This document shows positions 23,224-31,584 of a stretch of DNA of 60,673 bases, piece by piece. Every line of letters starts with the position of its first letter. Position 1 is the first letter of the stretch. The stretch comes from a virus. Lineage: Duplodnaviria; Caudoviricetes. The notes under the pieces are model-generated. The model worked only from the letters and a program-made list of their open reading frames with translations. It was not told the origin of the DNA and searched no databases. The stretch lies in IMG/VR virus record IMGVR_UViG_3300036985_000346, positions 1 to 60,673 of that record; one strand, given 5' to 3'. The position numbers and the translations under genes were made by a program.

Positions 23224-24888
23224 TTAAACTGCAACAATGTTGCCTGCTGAATCAACTTGCAACGTCTTGTTTGCACCGCCAGTTGCATAGCCTGGTATCT
23301 TTATCAAATTGTCTGCTGTTAATTTAAATCCAGTCGCATTAGCGCCGTTTCTAAAATCAACTATGGTTGACCCGCTTGTTGTTCCACCGCTTTGAGCAAG
23401 AAGTGCTGGATAAACTGATCCAGCTTGAATTTCTAATGCTGCATTACTAGAAGGGGCAGCAGTACCAATACCAACGTTGCTGCTCGGAATTATGAAGTTT
23501 GCCAAAAATGCCGCAGTTATTACAGTGTTAACTCCGTTGTTTAAAACCATTTGAGAAAATGGGCCTGAGTTATCAAACATATTTGTGCCAATGTAAGTGT
23601 TATTGGCATTAGAAGTAATGTTAATTAATTGTTGAACCCCTGAACTGCGGAAGAATCGATTGTCAGTAATGCTTGTTCTATTGGCGTAGTTGACACGAAT
23701 TGCGTATGCAACAACACCATTAATGATAGAAAATGAATTGCGGGAAATAACAAAATCATTGACTTCGTTGCTGGAACTGCCATCAATATCAATAAGCGCA
23801 CCATTTGAACCAATAAAACTCCCAAACGTTTCAAACTCGTTATCCGAGATGACGCTAAAGTTTGCTGGTGAGCCTATGTGAATGCCGTTTTTATTGGTGA
23901 TGTTATTGCCCACCAACATCAACATCAAAGCGCCTGGCGTAAAAGTAATATCAAGGCCGTAATTATCACCAGAAATTTGGTTGCCTGTAATCCAAATCGT
24001 ATCACCAGCGTCTGGAATTGAGATGCCGTTTTGTACTTGGCAATTTGTGATGTGAAACAACGATGGAGTATTAACACCATTGCAAAAAATAGATATGTTG
24101 CCTAGCTTGGCAATCCATACCCTATCAATCATCATTTGAGCAATGTTTGCCGCAGAAGCATCTACACGAATTGCGTGTCTTCCAGGTGTACCAGACACGG
24201 GCTTGATGTAGAAGTCTTTAAGAGAATACCAATCTTTAAGTTCAACAGTGGAACTTGTGGGGTACACCCGAATAATATCTGTGTTGCCATCAACTGATGC
24301 ACCAACCAAAATAATTGAGCCACTACCTCCACCAAAAATTGAAATAGGTAAAGAGCACAAAAGAGTGTCAGTTACTAGGTATGTTCCAACAGGAATAAAC
24401 AATGATCCACCGACTGGTGTTGCATCAATAGCCGCTTGGATTGCCGCTGTGTCATCAGTTGTGCCATTTCCAGTTGCGCCAAAATCTTTAATGCTCATGT
24501 ATTGAGCAAGTTTTGCTTCAACATTAGTTGCTACAGCATTGGTAAATGGTGGGTCATAAACTACACCATCTGCATTGACGATATTTCCATATCGTTCAGT
24601 TGCAGCTGGTGCGCTATACACCAAACTGCCATTGCGGTTTTGCACTTGGATGCTGTAGTTGGTGTTGACATACAGGCGTGCAGGTGTTCCGCTATTGGAT
24701 GGGTATCCAGCCAATGTCCGAATTGGTTGCGTGGCCGGAATGGTCAGTGCTGCATCCCAATACACATTGATCGGATTTGTCTGTGGATTGAGGTTGGTTG
24801 TTCCAATCCAGATGTAACCATTTTCGAGTGGTTGTCCATCGATATCGGTAAAGATCGGGAAGGTTGGCTGAATGCTAAGTGCGGTCAT
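23224..24888 (-). CDS. Tailspike A (P22-type head-binding domain + beta-helix)
   Basis: GQPLENGYIWIG N-terminus; KDFGATGNGTTDDTAAIQAA; Asn-rich repeats; AT-rich DNA. Confidence 0.85.
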   Translation of the reverse strand: MTALSIQPTFPIFTDIDGQPLENGYIWIGTTNLNPQTNPINVYWDAALTIPATQPIRTLAGYPSNSGTPARLYVNTNYSIQVQNRNGSLVYSAPAATERYGNIVNADGVVYDPPFTNAVATNVEAKLAQYMSIKDFGATGNGTTDDTAAIQAAIDATPVGGSLFIPVGTYLVTDTLLCSLPISIFGGGSGSIILVGASVDGNTDIIRVYPTSSTVELKDWYSLKDFYIKPVSGTPGRHAIRVDASAANIAQMMIDRVWIAKLGNISIFCNGVNTPSLFHITNCQVQNGISIPDAGDTIWITGNQISGDNYGLDITFTPGALMLMLVGNNITNKNGIHIGSPANFSVISDNEFETFGSFIGSNGALIDIDGSSSNEVNDFVISRNSFSIINGVVAYAIRVNYANRTSITDNRFFRSSGVQQLINITSNANNTYIGTNMFDNSGPFSQMVLNNGVNTVITAAFLANFIIPSSNVGIGTAAPSSNAALEIQAGSVYPALLAQSGGTTSGSTIVDFRNGANATGFKLTADNLIKIPGYATGGANKTLQVDSAGNIVAV

Positions 24889-27291
24889 TTATTGATTCTC
24901 CTGGTCAAATTGGCGTTCGGCTTGGGTTGCTGTCTGCAACCATTGAATCCTCGCATCCAATGCTTTTGGCAGTTTAGCTGCGTCTGCGAATTTCTGGAAG
25001 GATTGTGACATGGCTGTGCGACGAATACTAGCCTCACTTGGCGTTCCTCTTGTCGCGGCTTCAATGGCAAGTTTCTGGAATCCCTCGTCAGCAAACAGTT
25101 TTCCTGCTGCTTTGAGTGAATCCTTGTTGCCTTGGGTCATGGCTCCAGTGAGCACTGATGTGGCTGCGGCTGCTATTGGACCACCAACAGCGGCTGCACC
25201 AGTCAATGCGCCCTTGGCCAGCGTGCTTTCCATGACCTTACCGATCAGGCTTTCGGCCTGCATGCCTTGCAGCAATGCTTGGTTTGCTTTGCCGGTGGTC
25301 AGGACATTGGCTCTGGCCTCGGTGACGCGCTTGGAGACCTCATACAAGTCGCGCAGTACATCTGCCGAGTCTTTGCCCAATGTGTCAACGATGGTTTTGT
25401 AGACTGGTGGGTTGGCTCGCAGCTTTGGGTAGATGTCGGCAAACTCAGAGAATCCAAAGTTGCCCTTTTCAGCGCCTCTGGTCGAGCGTGTGACGGATGC
25501 CAGTGCGGTGGCAATCGTCTCTTTGCGAAGGTCTTCTGGGACGGTTTTGAGCAGTCGATTGAACTCGCCTGCATCGCCCTTGGCAGCGCCTGTGATGGCG
25601 GTGCGCATCTTGTTGGCCACGCTGCCTTCGATGTCTTGGCCAAACGCATTCACAATGCGATTGCCCAATGCACGCTCTTTTGCGTACAACAGATTGGCCG
25701 CACGCAGTTGCTGGCGCAGTTCCTCACCACCAATGTTTCCAACGTTTGTCAACTGGTCGTCAGCAAGTGCCGCATATAGGCGCTTGAGGTCTGCTTCGGC
25801 CATGCTGCCGTATGGAGACTCCATCTTGTTGATGGCGTTTCCAATCAGAGTTTTCTCGCGCTTGAGTCGGCCATACGTGATGTTGCCTTCCTCGATCATC
25901 TTGGCCAGATTTCGCTCGGCTGCTGACATGCCTTTCTCGCCCACCTCAGCCTTGATAGTGTCAAGGGTTGCTTTGAGCTTTGGCAGTTCCACCACCGTTG
26001 TCTTTGGCACTTTTTCATCGACTGCGCTGTAGACCTTGCTCGCCTGTGAGTTGAGGTCTGAACGAGTCGCGGTCAGCGAGTCCTTGATCTTTTGCGATAC
26101 CACGCCAGGTGCGACTGCGCCTTCGACGAATGTGGCATCGAATTGCTTGATCACATCGTCGGCCTTGTCCACAGCCTGCGTGACGGTGTTGCGCCATGTG
26201 GCCTCAGCTTCGCTGCCTGCGGCTGATCTAGTCAGGCCTGCGGCTGCGCGAACTTGTGGGTTGTCGCTGAACACATCAGCAGGCAGTTGGATTCCAAGCC
26301 GATCGGCTGCTTCTTTGGCTGCCACATTGACTTGTGCAAGATCGGCCAGACGGTCGCGTGCGCCAGCCGAGCCGAAGCCTGTGCCAGATGCCCTCTTGAC
26401 CAGATTGCCAACTTCTTCCTCAGTCACTTCTGTCACTAATGGAGCCACTGCTGGTGCAGCTGGCGCGACTGGGACTTCTGGGATGGTTGGTGCTACCTCT
26501 GGCATTGCTGCGGCAACTGGTGCTGCTGGAGGTGCTTCTGGGGCCATTGCTGTACCCATTGGAGCTCCTGCTGGTACAGCTGCTGGCGCAGGTGCTGGCG
26601 CTTTGCCTGTGACGCGCTGTACGCCTTTTTTGACCGCTTGGACGACCGGAGGTGCCACACGTTGCAAAATCTGACCTGCTGGGCCTGTAACTGCGGCTGT
26701 GACCACCTCGCCTTTGTTGAATTCACCACCAGTGCCAGCTTGGGTCGCTTCGATGGCCGCTTGGGTTGCGCCACCAGCCACGATTGCACCAGGGATGGTT
26801 GCGGCTCGGCCTGCTGGCGTAAATGCTGCAATTCCACCGACTGCGCGTGGAATGTCACCCATCGTGAAGCCTGGAGGAATAGCATATTCCTTTTGGTCGA
26901 CCGAAGAGCGCAGTAAGTAGTTACCCTTAGCATCTTGACGAATCTGAACACCAGGGAAGTTGGCTTGCAGAATCTGCACCGTTTCCTTGGGGTTGCTCAG
27001 GAGTGTGCCAAGAGCTGTTTTAAAAGATGCCACGCTCATTTGATTGAGTTCAGGCATGCTTGTCCACTCGGGAAGCGCTTGTGTCTCAGGCGTTGCGCGA
27101 GCGCGGCCAGTGACTGACTCGACTAAACTCTCAATGAAACCCATTGGTTTTGGCTGTGATGCCGCCCATTGCTCAGGTGACATTGGAGTCGCAGCAGGTG
27201 CCGCAGCAGGTGCTGTGGCCGTAGGTGCTGGAGCAGGAGCTGCTGGTGCAGCCTGCTTAGTTTGTGATGCCAACCATTCTTCTGGACTCAT
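24889..27291 (-). CDS. Large ejection protein A (gp16 position, 800 aa)
   Basis: Ala-rich helical protein, third of three before tailspike; MSPExW repeats. Confidence 0.7.
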   Translation of the reverse strand: MSPEEWLASQTKQAAPAAPAPAPTATAPAAAPAATPMSPEQWAASQPKPMGFIESLVESVTGRARATPETQALPEWTSMPELNQMSVASFKTALGTLLSNPKETVQILQANFPGVQIRQDAKGNYLLRSSVDQKEYAIPPGFTMGDIPRAVGGIAAFTPAGRAATIPGAIVAGGATQAAIEATQAGTGGEFNKGEVVTAAVTGPAGQILQRVAPPVVQAVKKGVQRVTGKAPAPAPAAVPAGAPMGTAMAPEAPPAAPVAAAMPEVAPTIPEVPVAPAAPAVAPLVTEVTEEEVGNLVKRASGTGFGSAGARDRLADLAQVNVAAKEAADRLGIQLPADVFSDNPQVRAAAGLTRSAAGSEAEATWRNTVTQAVDKADDVIKQFDATFVEGAVAPGVVSQKIKDSLTATRSDLNSQASKVYSAVDEKVPKTTVVELPKLKATLDTIKAEVGEKGMSAAERNLAKMIEEGNITYGRLKREKTLIGNAINKMESPYGSMAEADLKRLYAALADDQLTNVGNIGGEELRQQLRAANLLYAKERALGNRIVNAFGQDIEGSVANKMRTAITGAAKGDAGEFNRLLKTVPEDLRKETIATALASVTRSTRGAEKGNFGFSEFADIYPKLRANPPVYKTIVDTLGKDSADVLRDLYEVSKRVTEARANVLTTGKANQALLQGMQAESLIGKVMESTLAKGALTGAAAVGGPIAAAATSVLTGAMTQGNKDSLKAAGKLFADEGFQKLAIEAATRGTPSEASIRRTAMSQSFQKFADAAKLPKALDARIQWLQTATQAERQFDQENQ

Positions 27292-28715
27292 TGTGCCCCC
27301 ACAGATTGCTTATATGCGCTCCACTGAGCATCAGTGAAGTTTGCAGGACGAGTGTAAGTCTGGCCACCGACCGTTACGCTGTTTGCTGTTGGTGCTGCTG
27401 GCGCTGCCGCTGTTTCAGGTCCGAACACATTTTCAGCATTGAGGCGATAGTTCTTGACCACCACACCAAGAGCTTTCTTGTCTTCTTCTGCTTTTTTCTG
27501 TGCTGACTTGTAATATTCTCTGGCCAGATTGACAAATTCTTCACGCTGTTTAGGCTGCAAGAATTGACCGCTTTCTGCTTTCTTCAGGCTGTTTTCAAGC
27601 CTTGTGTACAAACCAGCTGTGTCGCGTGCTGTGGCAAATTCTGTCTCGCGCACCACTGAGCCTGGATCGAGCATTTTCATGAATCCAGTGATCAGTGCAA
27701 TGTCGCCTGGGCCAGTTTTTGCACCTGCTGAAGATTGGATGTTGTTGAATGTGGTTCCAAGTTCGCCATACACCTTGGTGCGGCCTTGGTATTCCTTGCG
27801 CAGTTTGTCTTCCTGCTCAAATGTTTTGGCTGGGTCCATGCCACCAGTTGCCTTGAGCGCTTCCAGTTCAAGTGCGGCTTTTTGACTTTCCACACCAAGT
27901 TTCTTGGTCTGAGCCAATGCCGAGCCAGTTTGTGCTTGTGTAAGCCCAAGGTCAGCAGCCTTTTTCTTGATGTCTGCCAGTGTGATCTGTTCTGCATACT
28001 TGGCATCGACTTGCGCTTTTTGTGCGTCTGCCGTTGCTTTGGCTGCATCAGCCGCTGCTTTTTCTGCTGCATTGGTAGCAGTGGCCTGAGCTGTAATGGC
28101 ATCTGCCACGGCTTTGTCAGCTTTTGCTCTGGCTTCAAGCAATGCGGCTGGTGCTTTGGCTTCTTCTCTGGTCGTAGAAAGTGTCTTGTCGACATTCTCA
28201 AGCAGTTCTTTTCCACCAGGCAATGCGGCCATCATCAATCCAATGGTCGCTTGCGAGCCAGTTGGATTCATGTCGATCAGTTGCAAATAGGTTTCTGTGG
28301 CTTTTGCTTCTTGCTCACGGCCTGAATTGCGAAATGCGTCTGCCTGCTCTTTGAGCAAGTTCTTTGCAATATCAGGTTGGCCAGATTTCAATGCCGCATA
28401 AACTTGGCCAGACTGTTGCAGGCGGTTTTGCTGTTGAGAAGTTGACATCAACTCAAATGACTTGCGCACGCCTTCTGCCTGATCTTTTGGAAGCATGGCA
28501 GAGACGCGAGCAAAGTCTGTGGCTGTTGCTTTTGGATTTTCAAACAAAGTTTTTAGTTCTGCTTGTGCTGTTCTTGCTTGCTCAAGTGCTTGTGATTTTG
28601 CTTGTGCTTCTGCACCCGCAGCACCAATTTTGAAGCCACTAAGTACAGCCTCGAATGGGCTTTGCACATCGACTGCGTAGTTGATTGGTGCTTGGAATGG
28701 GTTAATGGTTGCCAT
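27288..28715 (-). CDS. Middle ejection protein A (gp20 position)
   Basis: Ala/Gln-rich coiled coil; N-half homologous to 57621-59087. Confidence 0.7.
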   Translation of the reverse strand: MATINPFQAPINYAVDVQSPFEAVLSGFKIGAAGAEAQAKSQALEQARTAQAELKTLFENPKATATDFARVSAMLPKDQAEGVRKSFELMSTSQQQNRLQQSGQVYAALKSGQPDIAKNLLKEQADAFRNSGREQEAKATETYLQLIDMNPTGSQATIGLMMAALPGGKELLENVDKTLSTTREEAKAPAALLEARAKADKAVADAITAQATATNAAEKAAADAAKATADAQKAQVDAKYAEQITLADIKKKAADLGLTQAQTGSALAQTKKLGVESQKAALELEALKATGGMDPAKTFEQEDKLRKEYQGRTKVYGELGTTFNNIQSSAGAKTGPGDIALITGFMKMLDPGSVVRETEFATARDTAGLYTRLENSLKKAESGQFLQPKQREEFVNLAREYYKSAQKKAEEDKKALGVVVKNYRLNAENVFGPETAAAPAAPTANSVTVGGQTYTRPANFTDAQWSAYKQSVGAQ

Positions 28716-28725
28716 GTTCTAATCC

Positions 28726-29445
28726 TTAAAACCCAAGTCCTGTTGTTTTTCCTGCGCCCATTTGCATACCAAGGAACTGAGCTGGCAGATTAAAGAGCTG
28801 GCCATAGGCCTTGGCTTGGCCAAGTTCTCCACCAGCTAGGGCTGCACCTTGCTGAGACAGCAAGTTGGCCACGTTGGTGCCTGTTTGCAATCCTGCCGAT
28901 CCAGTGCCAGCTGCTGAGGACTGACCGATCTGGGCTAAGTTTTGCTGTGTGACACGACCAATGTCGGCTATGCCACCTAATCGACCATACTGTCTTTCAA
29001 TTTCTTGTTGAAGCATTTGTGGTCTGAATTGACCAAGTGCGGCTTGGATGTTGCCACCACGCAGGCCACCAGTAGCCGATGCACGCTGGAGCAATGCTTC
29101 TTCACCAGCTTGGACTTGAGCTTGGTAGCCAGCACCACCTTCAATGCCAGCAATGGCCGCACGTTGAGCCTCTGGGCCTTTTAATCCAAGTAAAGCCTGT
29201 TGTTGTTCAAATGCTGGTTCTCCTGCCTGTGCATAGGGTTGCAGTCCTGCAAGTGCAGGAACACCAACTTCGGTGTAAGGTTTAAGCAATTCACGCATGG
29301 CATCGAATTGCCTGCGCTGTTCTTCAATGCCTTTTTGAGCTGCCTCGCCTTGAATGCCTGCGGCTTCGCCAGCTGCGCTGGCCTGCATTGAACTTCCGAT
29401 GAGTTGGCTTCCACCAACGACTAGGGCTGTTATTGGATCAGGCAT
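28726..29445 (-). CDS. Small ejection protein A (P22 gp7-like)
   Basis: Gly/Ala/Gln-rich, LKPY...G, ASATGGLRGGN, hydrophobic termini. Confidence 0.8.
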   Translation of the reverse strand: MPDPITALVVGGSQLIGSSMQASAAGEAAGIQGEAAQKGIEEQRRQFDAMRELLKPYTEVGVPALAGLQPYAQAGEPAFEQQQALLGLKGPEAQRAAIAGIEGGAGYQAQVQAGEEALLQRASATGGLRGGNIQAALGQFRPQMLQQEIERQYGRLGGIADIGRVTQQNLAQIGQSSAAGTGSAGLQTGTNVANLLSQQGAALAGGELGQAKAYGQLFNLPAQFLGMQMGAGKTTGLGF

Positions 29446-29887
29446 TGCCGAACTCCTTCATGTAGTCTTCAAATTTCTCGCCATACAACTCCATGACCAA
29501 GTGAGCATTCTTTGTGGCAAATCCTGGGCCATGCGTAAGCGATACGGCCATCAGGATTAGGTCATAGTAGCCTGCACGCCAGACAAATGATCTGGCATCA
29601 GCCTCGCCTGCACGCTCTGCTTGGTCAGAGGCTTGCCACTTTAAGATCATGGCCGCGAGTAGTGGCACGAGATGGTGGCTGTTGGAAATAAAAAATTGGT
29701 TTTGGTGCATGCCCACCAGTGTGTTCCAGATGGCTGCATTCAGGTCTTTGCGCTCTACCGTGTCGCCATCGGCAACATCGTCAAACACCTGAATGGCATC
29801 GTAGACCATGACGAGCCATTCCACGACTGGCGTAGGCAACATAAGAACTCTTTGCAGGTTCTCCTTGAGCCATTCGATACCAATCAT
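29438..29887 (-). CDS. Alpha-helical protein with DDxxDxD motif (isoprenoid synthase/prenyltransferase-like, 149 aa)
   Basis: QVFDDVADGD; ATG 29887 with CAGGAG RBS; overlaps the gp7-like start. Confidence 0.55.
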   Translation of the reverse strand: MIGIEWLKENLQRVLMLPTPVVEWLVMVYDAIQVFDDVADGDTVERKDLNAAIWNTLVGMHQNQFFISNSHHLVPLLAAMILKWQASDQAERAGEADARSFVWRAGYYDLILMAVSLTHGPGFATKNAHLVMELYGEKFEDYMKEFGNA

Positions 29888-29969
29888 GTGCAACTCCTGT
29901 TCAGGGTGAGCTGCTGGTGGCCCGATAGACTCAGCGCCTTTATTTTCCCACATTTTGGCATTTGGTCAA
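29888..29969 (-). promoter_or_regulatory. Candidate promoter (TTGACC-N16-GAAAAT) and structured leader
   Basis: Aligns with 60190-60277, with a compensatory pair change. Confidence 0.5.
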
Positions 29970-30367
29970 TCTTCCATTTCAAATTCACGTTCTTCCCATG
30001 CCTGGCAGACGCGAAGATCATGGCAGATGAACTCGAATTTGGTGCAGTAGCCACGGAAACCGGCATCGGTGTCCCACTCATTGCGGGGAATGCGCTCCAT
30101 CTTGGCCTGCGTCATGGTGCTGTTGTCGTAGTACTCGCAGTTCGAGCAGCGACGACGACGAGCTTCTTTTTCGTCCACTTGCATGGCCTTGCCCACAGCG
30201 ATCCAGTAGGTTTTGTTGGCCGTTGGCTCGTTGCTTGGATTCTCAGGGCCAAGCATCCAGTCGTCGATGGCCACCTGAGTGTTCTTCTTGTTTTCTGCTG
30301 TGGTGATGAATTCTTCCTCCATCGGCAGGCCCATAAAGCCCTTGGGCATCATCATGAATTTGTCCAT
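29966..30367 (-). CDS. Conserved Cys-containing protein (133 aa)
   Basis: CSNCEYY...GYC...CHDLRVCQAW; homolog 60274-60673. Confidence 0.75.
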   Translation of the reverse strand: MDKFMMMPKGFMGLPMEEEFITTAENKKNTQVAIDDWMLGPENPSNEPTANKTYWIAVGKAMQVDEKEARRRRCSNCEYYDNSTMTQAKMERIPRNEWDTDAGFRGYCTKFEFICHDLRVCQAWEEREFEMED

Positions 30368-30381
30368 GCTGTTCTCCTTGA

Positions 30382-30717
30382 TTAAGTGATTTCGCGGCCA
30401 GATGCGCGGATGGTCAGCGATGTGGCTGCGCTGGCAATGGTTGAAATGAAGCTACCAGACTCAAGCGCTTGTCCAACCAGCTCTGGGCAGGTATAGGTCT
30501 CATCGGGTGCAATGGCGCGAGTGTCCATGATCAAGTTGGACGCGCCAGCGCTTCCACCACTTGTCACCAAGTTGACGCTTATCGTCACATTGCCTGCGCT
30601 GGTGTTGGTGATCGTGAACTTGTCAATGATTGCCTTGCAGTTCACTGCTGTGTACTGCGTGGTCTGGGCGTTTTCAGCCTGCTTTGGTGGGATTAGCACC
30701 TTGATTGATACGGTCAT
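30382..30717 (-). CDS. Small beta-rich virion protein (111 aa)
   Basis: In tail operon; AAGGAG RBS; ends SGREIT. Confidence 0.7.
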   Translation of the reverse strand: MTVSIKVLIPPKQAENAQTTQYTAVNCKAIIDKFTITNTSAGNVTISVNLVTSGGSAGASNLIMDTRAIAPDETYTCPELVGQALESGSFISTIASAATSLTIRASGREIT

Positions 30718-30726
30718 AATTTCTCC

Positions 30727-31584
30727 TTATTCCAATTGCAATGCATTATTTGAATCGTATTGCGTCATTATCCAATTTGTTCCATCAGAAACCAAGGTGC
30801 AATTTGCTCCTGCTACGGCCTCAAGGATTGAAGTGCTTGCAGAACCACCAATCAAAGGAATCACATTACTAGATGCTGATACCAATGTCTGTGCTTGGTA
30901 GTTCTGAAAATGCAATACCCTACCAGAATAAGAAGCCGCAGCAGGCAGCGTTGCCGTACAGGATGATCCTGACTTGTTGTTGATAATCCACAAGTCTGTC
31001 GCTGCCACACTAAAGTTGGCCGTGTATGTGACTGGCGCAGACGCTGTTTGATATGGCAATGCAGGAATATCAGCCACCACTAAAGACCTGAATGCAGGAG
31101 GTGCTGCCGCACCAGTCGTAGGGCCAGCAAATATCCAATTGGCCGCTGCTGTGGTAACTCCAATGCCTCCAGAAGCAACAGGCAGAGGTGCATCAAGGCC
31201 AGAGATCAATCCACCTATGATGTTCACATTGTCTGCATTTTGCGATGCAATCGTGCCAAGTTCTTGTCTTGGTGTTAATGCCAGCAATTCAAGAGCCTGT
31301 GCCAGTCCTGGTATAGCATCCAATGCCTGCTGCACTTTGGCATTGAGCACAGCATCCTCGACTGCGGTATCTTGGGTTAGCGCACTGATCTGGGCCAGCG
31401 CATTATTGGCATTGGCCGCTGCCGTGTCTGCTTGGTACTCAAAGTCTGTGCCGACAATCACTTGCAATTCATCGACCGTAGAAAACAGCAGCTCAAACTG
31501 TCTGATCTGTTGTTGATCAGTCAAGAATGCCGCAAGTTGATCTCGCGTTAAATTGAGCCTGCGGGAAATTGGTGCGGTTGCCAT
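30727..31584 (-). CDS. Tail needle/knob-like protein (gp26 position)
   Basis: Coiled-coil N-half, beta-rich C-half (TLPAAASYSGR); directly after the gp10-like gene. Confidence 0.6.
   Translation of the reverse strand: MATAPISRRLNLTRDQLAAFLTDQQQIRQFELLFSTVDELQVIVGTDFEYQADTAAANANNALAQISALTQDTAVEDAVLNAKVQQALDAIPGLAQALELLALTPRQELGTIASQNADNVNIIGGLISGLDAPLPVASGGIGVTTAAANWIFAGPTTGAAAPPAFRSLVVADIPALPYQTASAPVTYTANFSVAATDLWIINNKSGSSCTATLPAAASYSGRVLHFQNYQAQTLVSASSNVIPLIGGSASTSILEAVAGANCTLVSDGTNWIMTQYDSNNALQLE

Noticed and set aside
22928-23394. Diversity-generating retroelement TR/VR pair
   Set aside because: No reverse transcriptase; mismatches are not adenine-specific and the repeat is short
29888-29953. 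ORF-track N-terminal extension MWENKGAES... of the DDxxD protein
   Set aside because: A good RBS precedes ATG 29887 and the upstream DNA aligns with non-coding leader in B
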